A stretch of DNA of 64,000 nt from Malacoraja senta (lineage: Eukaryota), in the NCBI GenBank assembly GCA_038087875.1, contig CM075988.1, positions 20,276,001-20,340,000 on the forward strand, written 5' to 3'. The notes beneath the pieces were generated by a model. It had not been told where the DNA came from. It made no database searches and saw only the letters and a program-made list of their open reading frames with translations. The stretch's first letter is position 1; each line of letters opens with the position of its first letter. Below are positions 35,540-47,525 of the stretch, piece by piece. Made by a program: the position numbers and the translations under genes.

Positions 35540-35900
35540 ATCAGCCTATCAGGGAACCTCCTTGCCGGATCTGATTTGTTCTGTTTTTTTGCATTTCCAG
35601 TTCTTTTTCCCCCATCGCCCCTACTACAATCAATCTGAAGAAGGGTCCCGACCCGAAATGTCACCTTTCTATTATCTCCAGAGATGCTGCCTGACCCACT
35701 GAGTTACTCCAACATTTTGTGTCTATCACAACTACAAAGAGAAAAGAACCAGAGGGCAGAATATAGAGTTACATCTAAAGGACACAAAGTACTGGAGAAA
35801 CTCAGGCAACATCGATGAAGAGGTAGGTCCATGTTCTCCAGAGAAGCTACCTAACCTGGTGTCCTCTTATGTATTAACCAGTATCTGCAGTTCCTTGTTT
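35540..35900. mobile_element. Penelope-like 3' end with hammerhead core, plus a second degraded fold-back copy
   Basis: Pyrimidine tract then CTGAAGAAGGGTCCCGACCCGAAATGTC 35635-35662; second copy ~35780-35900. Confidence 0.85.
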
Positions 35901-36834
35901 ATATATAATGTTGCAGCTACAGAGAAAGTGCATTTAAAATAGTGCAAATAACTTAGCAAACATTTAGATAAACATTAACGTATGAGGAAAATATTCTAAC
36001 ATTATTCATATCTAAAATAGACAAGTCATGGGGCACAATATGTAAAGGTGCTGATCTGATCTCTGTGCTTGCAAGAATGCCTACTGATCCCCAGTAAGTA
36101 ACTTTGCCGTTGCTCCTGCTGTTTATCCGAGATTCAGGAACAATGCAGCACCGTGTAATCCTCAATGCGTTTTGTTCATTTTCCCACTCTGTGTCTGTGC
36201 ATGTTCTGGCTTCCCACAGGTAACAATGCAACCATTGCTTCCTCTCTGCAAGAGATCAATTTAGGCACTTCAACTTTCCATGAAACTTGATTTAATTCTG
36301 GTCTTTCTCAAGACATAATTGAAAGAAAATAAAGACAAATTAACCATGGAGCAGGTTTTTATTTCTCTTACCGCTGAGACTTGTTTGCAACTGTCCCTCA
36401 GGATAAGGAGTTGAAAATTGCAATACTGACAGAGCAGGAAGGGAAAGGTTTATTTTAATTAATTCATGCGGAGTTGCTGGCTAGACGTTTATTGCCCGTT
36501 CCAAATTGCCCCTGAATTGAGTGGGTATTTCAGAGGGGATTTCTGCATCAAATACTAGTGAGGGGTTAGTGCAAATGGCTGCCTGATAGTCAACAACGCC
36601 TGGATGGGCTGATGGGTACTGATGTTCTGTATGATTCTGTAAATGGCAATTATATATGCTTTGGGGGTAAAATGGAGAACACTTTTACATGATGCCGTTA
36701 AGGGGTTATTGAGTAATCACTGGATGTCGTTGTATTGGCATTTTGTGGGATGCACATGCTGAAAATTATAGAAAACAAACATTGAAGCGAGGCGGGGGAT
36801 CCAAACTAGTTGGATTCAACTTCTTCAAAAGATT

Positions 36835-37135
36835 GTGTTTAGTTTGCTTTAGTTTAGAGATACAGTATGGAAACAGGCCCTTCAGCCCTACGTGTCCACG
36901 CTGACCAATGATCACCCATACACTAGTTCCATGTTATCCCAGTTTTGCATCCTCCACAACAAAAGCCAATTCAACCACAAACCGACGTGTCTTTGGAATG
37001 GGGGAGGAAACCGGAGGAAACCCACGCGGTTACAGGAAGAACGTTCAAACTCCGTACAGACAGCACCCTGTAGCCAGGATCGAACCTTAGTCTCTCGCAA
37101 CGTTAGGCAGCAACTCTACCGCTGCGTCACTGTGC
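36835..37135 (-). mobile_element. HE1-type SINE
   Basis: Reverse tail, V domain, CAGGATCGAACC, GGCAGCAACTCTACCGCTGCG. Confidence 0.9.
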
Positions 37136-37629
37136 TATCAATGTAAATTAAAAATGTATCTCCTGTTTAAAATAATTAACTCATTTGGCCCATGACAGTC
37201 ATGTGTAGCATTTAGTTCCAGTGGGGATTTGGTTCACCAGAGCTGATGTTACTTAATTATGATAGTCTCACTCCAGAACAGCTTCTTTCAGAAGCAGGGT
37301 GGAAGTCTAACTGTACAGCACCTTTTACCCAGTAATCACCCATCCACTCCTCATGGATCCCACAACTCACAGGTTACCAATCCAAAGAGCCACCCCACCA
37401 AACACTCATCATGGCCTGAGACTTTCAATTTCAGTGGAACAACCTCCTCAAATTCAATTGGCATGAAAAATTACTCATCCTAAATTTGCGTGCAAGTCAT
37501 GTCTCTAATGAATAGAGTCAATCTCAGGCAAGGCTACATCATTGTCCCAACACTTCATCCAATCTTTCTTCTCAATTCTCTTCAACCTGCCTAAATGCAT
37601 TAGTGTTGCTTGTTGTGTTGCTCTTTGAG

Positions 37630-38135
37630 ACCCAACACCAATCACCAAAACCCACCCTCATTCTGCACAACTCACACCACCACCCCTCCTTTGTCCTATT
37701 TACCCCACGCTTCCCCATCCCCAGTCTCACTCCACCCTGACCCTCATGCCAGTCCACATTTCCCTTAGCATCCAATATCCGCCCTGATTTTCATTTGCTC
37801 AGATCTTCACTTCATCATCTGCCCCATATCCTATCCTAATCTACTCTGCACCACCCCATCATGACCTGCCCAAATCCACCCTACCCTCTCGCTCTGCCCT
37901 GTCCCACACCTCTCAGCCCTGTCCCACCCCATCAAACCCCCACCATCCTCTCGCCTCGCCCGCTGTACACTGCCCCCACCTGCCACACCGCACCCCACCC
38001 CAACGGCGCACCGCACCCTGCCCCGCCCCGCCCCAATCCAACCCACCCACTAGGCCCTGCCCCGCCCTGTCCCACCCAACCAAACCAACCAAAACACCAC
38101 CCACCCAGCCCTAATTCCCCTCAATCCCCCAAACC
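37630..38135. repeat. C-rich low-complexity tract
   Basis: Runs of CCCCA/CCCCG/CCCAA/CCCTG pentamer-like units. Confidence 0.8.
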
Positions 38136-39099
38136 ACTTCTGGCTCAGCTGCAAGCCATTACCTTTAACGTGAGTCTTGTGAGCATTGTTCATTTAAACC
38201 AGCACTTTAGCAATGAGTTGGGCTCTTTAATATTAATGTGCTAGTTTGGATACTGGGTGTTTGGTTGACCTGCTCCTCTGCTCTGAGGTAAGTCCTTGCT
38301 ACAATTCTGAATTTTTGTGTTGAGTAGGTAAAGATGAATGTAAGTTCATTTTTTTTTAGAGAGATGCCAATGTACTTAATGTTCATGTTAGAAACAATGA
38401 ATAGAAACACATTGGTGGATTTGGTTTGCTTGTGATGATTTGGTTTGAATTTCAAAATGTTTGAAAATGGCTTTTTGCACTTTTAAGTCACATTTGTATT
38501 AAGCCCCATTTAACGATTTGCTGTCAAATAAACCTCTTCATTCACTGTGTTTATCACTCCTGAAGCAAGTGCAATGCTACTGGTTTGTAGTCATGTGTGA
38601 CTTGGTTGGTGATTACACCACCATTGTATAAGTGTAGGTTGGTGTAAAATCTAACTCCTGGTTTGGAGAGCCTGAAATTAATTCTCAGGGAATTGCAGAT
38701 AACATGTTAATCAAAAATCTCTAAAATTTGAAAAAAAAAGAAAAAATTGATGCAGTTAGCTTGCCTTTAATACCCTTAATGAACACAAATCACATAACTC
38801 TTTCTGACTGCAGGCTCTGAGAAACGTTCATAGCTTAAACCGTCTACCTGGTGTCTTTGGGTCATTGAGCAAATCTGATGAGCTGCTTAAAGAAAAGTAG
38901 TGACACAGATGGACTTGCTGTATTGAAGGACTCGGCATAATTTGAAGACTTGTAATGAATTTGTTGGTTAATTGATTCTGTAGTGGGATGAAAGCTAAAG
39001 TCCATGATTGAACTTCTGCTTATAATAATCTTCTTCATTTAAACCACTATCTGGTCAACTGAATGTGAAATCCTGTGAGTGAAGAGTACACTACATTTC

Positions 39100-39560
39100 T
39101 TAAGAGGCCAGAATATTACACAGTTAGTGGGGCATCGATGAAGTGTAGTCGCTGCTGTAATGTAGGAAAAGTGGCAGCCATTACCAACAATAAGCCCCCA
39201 CAGCTGGATATAACGATCAGATGGCGTTGAAGGAGTGAGATATATTGGCCAGGATACACGGAATAACATGTGTCGGAAAAGAGCTGCAGATGCTGGTTTA
39301 AATCGAAGGTAGACACAAAATGCTGGAGTAACTCAGCGAGCCAGGCAGCATTTCTGGAGAACACAAAATGCTGGAGTAACTCCGCGGGACAGGTGGCATC
39401 TCTGGAGAACACAAAATGCTCAAGTAACACATGGGACAGGCAGCATCTCTGTAGTCTGAAGAAGGGTCTCTCCAGAGATGTTGCCTGTCCCGCTGAGTTA
39501 CTCCAGCATTTTGTGTCGACACTGAATAACGCCCCGGCTCTTAAAAATAACGTCACTGGA
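39100..39560 (-). mobile_element. DeuSINE (SacSINE1-like) relic interrupted by a Penelope-like array
   Basis: GTAGTCGCTGCTGTAATGTAGGAAAAGTGGCAGCCA...ATATTGGCCAGGATAC [insert] GAATAACGCCCCGGCTCTT. Confidence 0.65.
39268..39518. mobile_element. Penelope-like element with three tandem ~48-bp arm units, a half core and an inverted arm
   Basis: Units start at 39313, 39361, 39409; TCTGAAGAAGGGTCTC 39455-39470; TSD ACAC(G/T)GAATAAC 39256-39267 and 39519-39530. Confidence 0.88.
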
Positions 39561-39669
39561 CTTGATCAGTTGTGAGCTTGCGTTACTGCCTCAATAGGTC
39601 AGTGTTCACTCTAATGCAACCTAGAGCTTTGCAAACATGTGTTTGGAGTGAGACGAACGCTGCGACTGA

Positions 39670-40230
39670 GTGCAGAAAAGAGTTATGAGAATACTGCTGG
39701 GACTTGAGGGCCTGAGATATTGAAATAGGTGGAGCAGGCTAAGACTTTATTTCTTGGCGCGCAGGTGGTCTAATAGAGGTGTATAAATCGTAAGTTGAAG
39801 AGATTGGGTGTATGCAGCCTTTTCCAGGGTAGGGGAATCGAGTACTGGAGGACATGGGTTTAAGGTTAAAGGGGAAGTGTTTAGTAGGATCCTGAGGGAC
39901 AACTTTTCACTCAAAAGGTGGTGGGTATTAGGAACAAGTTGCCAGTTGAGGTACACAAAAATGCTGGAGAAACTCAGCGGGTGCAGCAGCATCTATGGAG
40001 CGAAGGAAATAGGTAACGTTTCGGGCTGAAACCCTTCTTCAGACTGCCAGTTGAGGTAGTTGGGGCAGGTGCAATAATAACATTCGAAAGACAATTGGAC
40101 AGGTACATGGATAGGAAAGGTTTAGTGGGGTAAGGATCAAACATGGCCAAATGAGACTAGCCTAAATGGGGCATTGTGGTTGGCATGGGCTGAAGGGGTC
40201 TATTTCCAGAGCATATGACACTCTGACTTG
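39670..40230 (+). mobile_element. CR1 3' fragment hosting a 91-bp insert
   Basis: FSRVGESSTGGHGFKVKG; sequence continues seamlessly when 39954-40058 is removed. Confidence 0.88.
39954..40044 (-). mobile_element. 91-bp hammerhead-bearing mini-retroelement with perfect 14-bp TSD
   Basis: TGCCAGTTGAGGTA at 39940-39953 and 40045-40058; minus-strand core CTGAAGAAGGGTTTCAGCCCGAAACGTT 40042-40015. Confidence 0.92.
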
Positions 40231-41294
40231 AAGGCTTGAGATCAACTGAGCTCTGGTGTAGTTTGTACCCAACTAACGTGACAGGTTTTCATTGACTCAA
40301 AGTTTCTTGTGTACATTATTAGATATCGGAATGGATGTATGTTAAATATAATGAACATATATGGTTCACAAAATCAGTGCAAAGTGACCCAAAAAATGAA
40401 TGGCAGTGGTTCCCCATAGCATTTATGCATGTCTTTGTTCATCCAAAGAGGGTTACTTTTAACATGTCCTTCCAGCAACATCTTAAATAACAAAGTGTAC
40501 TTTGTAATTCCATGCTTGCAATAATGTTCCTGTGTGTTGGTGTCCAGTGACACTAGTTGGGCACCGCCAGTTGGTGAACGATGAAAGACAAGGACAGGAC
40601 TTGGTGTTCTCATTGTTGGCAGTCTAGGCTGCCTCCCAGCACCTTGGGTTACAAGAGGTCACTGAACCTGATTGTGACACTTTATCCAGGAGTTGGAGAC
40701 TGAGAAAAAGATTTAAATTCAACCTCTTCAAAAGTTTATTTTTATTGTTGAGTGTCTTGTATTGGATTTCATTTAAACTGTCAAGTTGTCTTAACAATCG
40801 CAAGCTCATTCACAGGATGAGCTGCCCCGTTCAAAACAACCTCACAATCTGTCCTCTTATATAAAATACTTTTAACATCTAAAGACACTGGTGTGTAGAT
40901 GGCTATTCTGACTGTTCTTCACGAAAGGAACTCCAGTGTTGGATAAAGCAGTAATGCTCTAATGACTAGATTATGGAAGACAAGATCAGAGATTGATCCG
41001 ACTAGATATGCCAATACAAGATCTGGGATTAGAGATGATTTATGGGTTGGGAAAGAAGGCTAGTGATCCTGAACCACAATTGTAGACATTTCAGGCAAGT
41101 TGCTGGTGTGGGGTGGAGATTAGAGTCACTTTTGGGGCACCTCGTGGGATCATTGGGTCGTGCCTTGGAAGGCACCCCTCTGGAAGAAGGTGGTGGGGTG
41201 AAGTTTTTTAGTTGATAGAGGGCAGCTCTGGAATGGTCAGGGGTTAGGGCTGTGGCCCAATTGGTTGGGAGGAAGTGGGTAGTGTGGGAGGGTC

Positions 41295-41515
41295 TGAAGT
41301 GTGGGATTCCCTGCCACAGAGCGCAGTGGAGGCCAAATCACTGGATGGATTTAAGAGAGAGTTAGATAGAGCTCTAGGGGCTAGTGGAATCGAGGGATAT
41401 GGGGAGAAGGCAGGCACGGGTTATTGATTGGGGACGATCAGCCATGATCGCAATGAATGGCGGTGCTGGCTCGAAGGGCCGAATGGCCTCCTGCACCTAT
41501 TTTCCATGTAACTAT
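41295..41515 (+). mobile_element. CR1 3' fragment
   Basis: TGTGGGATTCCCTGCCACAGAGCGCAGTGGAGGCC...GGGATATGGGGAGAAGGCAGG...GGCTCGAAGGGCCGAATGGCCT. Confidence 0.9.
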
Positions 41516-41599
41516 GCGAGTTGTCTTAGTGGGAGCTTGGTGTGATACTACACTGTGCAGAACTCTGGGTTAGAAACTAGATTACGCACCACAGCAATG

Positions 41600-42060
41600 A
41601 TACATTATTGTCACCTTTTCCTAGGTACAGTAAAATTATTTTCTGGCATACGATACACAAAGTACGCAAAGTTGTTGCGCATCTGGTGCCGTCAAAGTAG
41701 CAATAGTATTCATTAGATTCCCGATTGTCCCACTTTGTTCTCGGTGGCTCGATCGCCTTTCTGCGCTTGTCCTCGGCCTGACTGCCTCTCCCCCTCGTAC
41801 GGTCCCTCTCTGGCCCATCAGTCTCTGTGCCTCCTACAGTTAACCTTTAAGGTGCGGGAGGTTAGACCACACCCCCTCACCCTCCCTCCTGACCTCCTCC
41901 TACCGGCCCTTTGTTCAGCGCCCGCTGGACTCATCGACTCGCTCCTCCTTCCGTTTCTAGTCTTTGAGTGGGAGATGAGAGTCGGACCCACTGCAGGTGG
42001 GTTCCGCGGCTGGTTGCCTGTCGGGTTTGGCAACCACCCTCGCGGTTCCGTATCGGTCAA
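41600..42060 (-). mobile_element. GC-rich retroposon-like element with LINE-type tail (copy C, different body)
   Basis: CpG-rich body; minus-strand end ACTTTG..GGCACC...AATTTTACTGTACCTAG...GTGACAATAAT. Confidence 0.5.
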
Positions 42061-43317
42061 TGCCAGTGGCTCAGGGCTGAGTTTGGAGGCAGCACTGTAC
42101 TATTCAATTGATTGCCATTGAAATGTGACATTGACCGTTTCTGGGTTGTTTTGCATTGATACCGTTTCATTCTGTGAGAAGTACATTTTCAATGAAATAA
42201 ATAGTGCGACGCGATCAAGTTCCAAACCCACTATCTCTGTATAGCATTACATTGGATTGGGAGATTTCCATTGTTGCTGACACGTGCGTCCGGTACAATT
42301 CCCAGGGACGTGAAATGTTGGCATTTCTCAAGTTTCTAAGCATTTTGTTCTTCACAGCACAGTGCCACAGTAAACCAGTGCCCTTAATGACCTTCCATCC
42401 TTCAGATTCACCTACAGTGTCTACCTCCTTCCAACCAGCCCCAATACAGACTTTGGAGCCCAGTGAAGATATTTCTCCACATTGTCCTGGGCATCACCTT
42501 TCCTGCCCTGTTGTATTTTTTTTCTGCTTTTGTTGGCGATGGTACAGTTTTCAGTCTTTACCTGGTAGATGTGGGACCTTTGAGTCATGCAAGTGTGGCA
42601 CGGTGACTTGTACATGGGTCTGTAGTTTTCCCCTCTGAGCAAAGTGGTGCTGGAAAAGTAACTGTATTGGGACACTCGTGAATTTGGCTGGAGATTGAAT
42701 TGGAAATAGTTGTTTATTTCTGAATTAAGGGAGAGACAATGGTGAAATTGGCTCAGTTTTAAACAGTTAATGTAAGTGTTCTAACTAAAAGATAAATTAG
42801 ATGGCCATTGGCTCCAGGGGTTTTAAATAGCAATTTCAAAATATATGCTAAAGTATATTTTTTTTAAAACTTGAATAAATCAAAGGAATTGATTATCAGC
42901 TGTGAGTTTTATTCCATGAATTCAGCCTTGTTTACAGACAGACATTTCTGACATTCCTGACTTCAAAGTTGCTTCAGCTGTATGTAGAGGCAGGCTGGGT
43001 TGGTGGAGACAGGAGACAGGCGAAGATTTGTGTGTTGCAGCTGCTGACTCCTCATTAATCTCTGTGAAATCAGAAGTTTAAGTTCCTCCACCGGACCGTG
43101 CAGATGGCCACCTTCAACCTCTGGATGATGAAGACAAAATAAATCCATGCCTCGGAATATAAACCGGCCAGGTTGGATTTAGTCGGAAACCAAGCAATGG
43201 CTTAAACTTGCAGTCGAAAGTAATTAGTGGTAACGCAATGTAAACTGGGTTTGACTAATCTGCCTTTCACACCTTTGAAAATCTGTCATTATTAATTAAT
43301 GGAACTTGACGACAAAA

Positions 43318-43560
43318 AGTTCAGTTTGGAAATGCAGCATGGAAACGGGCCCTTCGTCCCACCGAGTCTACGCTAACCATCGATCACCTGTTCACACTAG
43401 TGCTATGGTTATCCTAATTTAACATCCACTCCCGACACATGAGGGGCAATTTACAGAGATCGATTAACTTTGAAACCCGCATGTCTTTGGGACATGGGAG
43501 GAACCTGGAGGCAATCCGCACGGTCACAGAGAACGTGCAAACTCCACACAGTCACCACTC
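43318..43560 (-). mobile_element. HE1-type SINE
   Basis: GGAAACGGGCCCTTCGTCCCACCGAGTC...GAGAACGTGCAAACTCCACACAG. Confidence 0.88.
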
Positions 43561-44689
43561 GAGATCTGGGACCAGTTCCTATTGTGGAATATAAATTGCA
43601 CTTGTACAGCAGATTATAACGTGGTTAAAATAGACCACGTTATTCCACAAGAGTATGGGTATATAATCGTTAGTGGGGAAGTTGGAAGTATGGAAACGCT
43701 TCCCAATTTCTGAGGTCATGGTGATGGGGTAAGAGGTCTGGGATGGATCTATGGAAGAATTTTTTCATCCATGGGTGGTTCAGATGCAATGGCTGAAGGA
43801 ATGGTGGGGGCAGGTGCTCTCTTAACCCTTTAAGTATCTGGACGAGCACTTGAACTACTAACACACAGAAGAATGCAGAGCAAGTGGTTTGAATAGGATT
43901 AGTATGGAGGAGTACGTCATGGTTGGAATGGACATCGGGCCTGTTTCTGTGTTGTACGATTCTCAAGCAAAAACTAACGCTGGACCACATAAATTAAGCT
44001 GAGACCAGATGTCCAAAAGCTTGGTCAATGTGGTGTTGGATGGAGAACGGAAGAAGTGAAAGGTTTGAGAGTAAATTGCAGAACTTTCAGCCAAGACAGC
44101 TGAAGATGCAGCTGCCGATGATAGTTATAAAGAGATTAAAACTGTTTTTACAGTTATTCTTCTGACGCATGAACTAATATCTTGAACCATTTTCTGCTGT
44201 TTTCAAAGGCCATAATTGTACAACCATTTTTTTTCAACAAATGCAGGTCCTGGTATGACTCCAAGCCACTCCATGTTGATTATGTCCGTAGGGTGCATAT
44301 TAACTGCTGTCAACTTCGGGTGGTGCTTGTCAGTGAGTGGTGGGGTTGGAGCAGGACAGTGGTTGGAGGGATTGAATCCTCTTGACTTCATTATCGAGCA
44401 GAGCATGCTAGAAGTGAGTTGAGCTGATGTGGGGAGTGAGCTGTGAATCTTGTGCTAAACGAGCAAAAATAACTAGTGCATAAATCGATCTGGTTTGCGT
44501 AACATAGTCTTCACCACTGGGCTACCTAACATATTAGATGCCATTGTGGTGCGACTGACTTCCAGAGGGTGTCTTGTACGTTGGGCTTGTCACAAAATAC
44601 AACTTTCCTCCGGACTGAAGTATGAAGTCACTTTGGATCCCCCGTGAATATTATAAACTGATTGCTTAAAGTCAACTACTCCATACCTT

Positions 44690-45175
44690 TCTGAGCTAGT
44701 TGCACGTGGCCTATATTCCTCTGAACATTTCCGATCCATGTACCTGCCTCCATTTCCTCTGGTAACTCTTTCCACATACCCACTACCATCGGGTAGCCCT
44801 TTTATATCTTTCCCCACGTACATTAAACTCCAGTATGAGACCCTCCTACCTTTGGAAACGAGCTGTGACAATCCACGTAATGTATGCCCCTCATGATCTA
44901 ACCTCGAACACATCATTTGCTCAAGGGAAATGCCAGACAAACCTGTCTGGGTTCGATCCTGATTATCGGTGCTGTCTGTGCGGAGTTTGTACATTCTTCC
45001 TGTGGCCGATTTTCTCCCACAATCCAAAGACGCACAGGTTTGTAGGTTAATTGACTTTGGTAAGTTGTAAAATTGTCCCTAGTGTGTAGGATAGTGTCAG
45101 TGTACGTGATAATCACTGGTCGGCGCGGATTTGGTAGGCAAAGGGCCTGTTTCTGCACTGTATCTCAAGTCTAAA
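44690..45175. mobile_element. Old CR1 (-) fragment followed by an HE1 SINE (+, ~44945-45175)
   Basis: GGCCTATATTCCTCTGAAC..TCCATGTACCTG; GGGTTCGATCCTG...AAGGGCCTGTTTCTGCACTGTATCTC. Confidence 0.8.
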
Positions 45176-45554
45176 GCTGAAATATGTCTCTACTCTACAA
45201 TGCCTTTGAAAGTTACGTTAAAACTGAATGCATTCTCCTGGCGTTAAGTGACCAGATGCCGAGTGCAGCTCGTGGTGATGTGAAAGTCAACAATCGTTCA
45301 GCTGTTGTGCACTCCTCCATTGTGTGAATCTTCTTCCTCGCACTCCACCACTCTCGACAATCGAGCAGGAAAAGCTCGGCCACTACTTTCCATTTTTGTA
45401 AATAACTTGTCAGCTATGACTTGGTTTGTGGCATTCTTGCCTCTTTACTCAAAAAGGATTTGAATGCAAATGAGACATTAGTCCAAGTTCAAGTGAGTTT
45501 ATTGTCATAGTTTATGGAGTCTTAGAGTCACAGTCATACAACATAGCAATATGA

Positions 45555-46322
45555 GTGGCGTATAGAAGTTGGGAGGTCATGTTGCAGTTGTGTAAGACGT
45601 GGGTGAGACCACATTTAGAGTAGTGTGTTCAGTCCTGGGCACCATGTTATAGGAAAGATATTGTCAAGCTTGAAAGGGTTCAGAGAATATTTGCAAGGAT
45701 GTTGCCAGGACTAGAGGATGTGAGCTATAGGGAGAGGTTGAGTAGACTGGGTCGCTATTCCTTGGCGTGCAAGAGGATCAGGGATGATCGTATGGAAGTG
45801 TATAAAATCATGAGAGGAATAGATTGGGTAGACGCACAGAGTCTCTTGCCCAGAGTAGGGGAATCGAGGACCAGAGGAAATAGGTTTAAGGTGAAGGGAA
45901 AAAGATTTAATAGGAATCTGAGGGGTAATTTTTTTCACACAAAGGGTGGTGGGAGTATGGAACAAGCTGCCAGAGGAGGTAGTTGTGGCTGGGAGTATCC
46001 TAGTGTTTAAGAAACAGTTACGCAGGTACATGTAGGACAGGTTTGGAGGGATATGGACCAAGCGCAGGCAAGTGGGACTAGTTGTCCCAGCTACACTAGT
46101 CCCACTTGCCTGCGCTTGGTCCATATCCCTCCAAACCTGTCCTAACCATGTACCTGTCTAACTGTTTCTTAAACACCAGGATAGTCCCAGCTACAACTAC
46201 CTCCTCTGGCAGCTTGTTCCATACTCCCATCACCCTTTGTGGGCAAGTTGGGCCAAAGGGCCTGTTTCCACACTGTATCACTCTATGACTCTAAATAGGC
46301 CCTTCGGCCCAACTTGCCCATT
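45555..46322 (+). mobile_element. CR1 3' fragment with internal fold-back inverted duplication
   Basis: LPGLEDVSYRERLSRLG...ESRTRGNRFKVKG; 46096-46237 is the reverse complement of ~45942-46082. Confidence 0.92.
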
Positions 46323-47224
46323 CAAATCAATCAATAATCCTAGCTCTGGAGTAGTGGTGACGTTGGTTGAACAGATTCCCATGGATTTGATCCATACCAG
46401 CAGCATCGTTGCTGCCTCACTATTTTTAATTGTTCTCAACGCGATGCTGCATCGTATTTTTAGCAAACTTCCTGCCAGACTGGAACTAGTCTATGTGTGG
46501 CACAGGCACTTGGACAAAATGTGAAGTGTTAGGAGGAGGAGAGGTGGGGAAATGCAAAGAACAATGATCTTCCAAGGTGGCAGGGGTGCACGTTATATTT
46601 GATGCCATTTACTCAGTTTTCCTTGACCAAAGGAATTCTGCCAACGTGTAGCTGATTCTCGTCTTCCCATGAGATGGAGCATTTTCCTTAACAGGTCTGA
46701 GATGAGAAAAGTTGGAAAACCTTCTGAGAGCCTCACCGGAGATTAACATTCGGGTAGAATGCCAGGTTACCATTCCAAAAGGAATTCATTGTTATTAAAC
46801 AAGGTCTTGGAATGGCAAACAACGATCAAAATGAAAAATACATTTAACTAAAAATATTGCTGATTTTGGTTTTATCAGGTTTTGTGTTATCTTCCAACAG
46901 GTGGTTCTGATAAGGTACTGTTTGCAAATCAGTTGCCTGTGGAAATATATGTGACCCGAGTTGAAATGAAAGGCCTGGTGCTGCTACTTTCAGCGGTGCA
47001 ACTAGAAGTCTGGACCATGAAAGACACTCATTTCTGCCCCACCTTTCAGTCTCCGATCATTATTGTCAATGAAGGGCTGCATGGTGGTCCATCCATATTG
47101 CCTCCTGAGATGGTGCTCCAGTAAAATAGATGGAAGCTCTAGTGTTGCACTTGGCTGAAGATTGTCTAGTCTGGATGTCTGACTGCTCTCATTTTATGGC
47201 ATTGACCGGATTCCATAGTGACAC

Positions 47225-47525
47225 TATTGTTTAGAGATATAGCGTGGAAACAAGCCCTGCGCCCCCCCCCCCCTCCCCCCGAGCCCATGCCGGCCATTGA
47301 TAGTCCATACACTAGTTCTATATCCTACATACTAGGGGCAGTTTACAGAAGCCATTTACCTACAAACCTGCACATCTTTAGTATGTGGGAGGAAACCGGA
47401 GCCCCTGCAGAAAAACCATGCTGTCATGGAGAATACACAAACTCCACAGGCAACACCAGAGGTCGTGATTGAACCCGCGTCTCCGGTGCTGTGAGGCAAC
47501 CGATCTACACCAGCACCACCGTGCT
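47225..47525 (-). mobile_element. HE1-type SINE
   Basis: TTTAGAGATATAGCGTGGAAACAAGCCC...GTGGGAGGAAACCGGAGC...GATTGAACCC. Confidence 0.85.

Noticed and set aside
37861..38244. Proline-rich 127-aa ORF
   Set aside because: Translation artefact of the C-rich low-complexity tract.
39313..39454. CRISPR-like array of ~48-bp repeats
   Set aside because: Repeats are directly adjacent with no unique spacers, there are no cas genes, and the context is eukaryotic; the units are Penelope-like arm sequence.
42204..42638. 144-aa non-repeat ORF with a possible acceptor near 42357
   Set aside because: Non-ATG start, no recognisable domain, low-complexity composition and no convincing donor.
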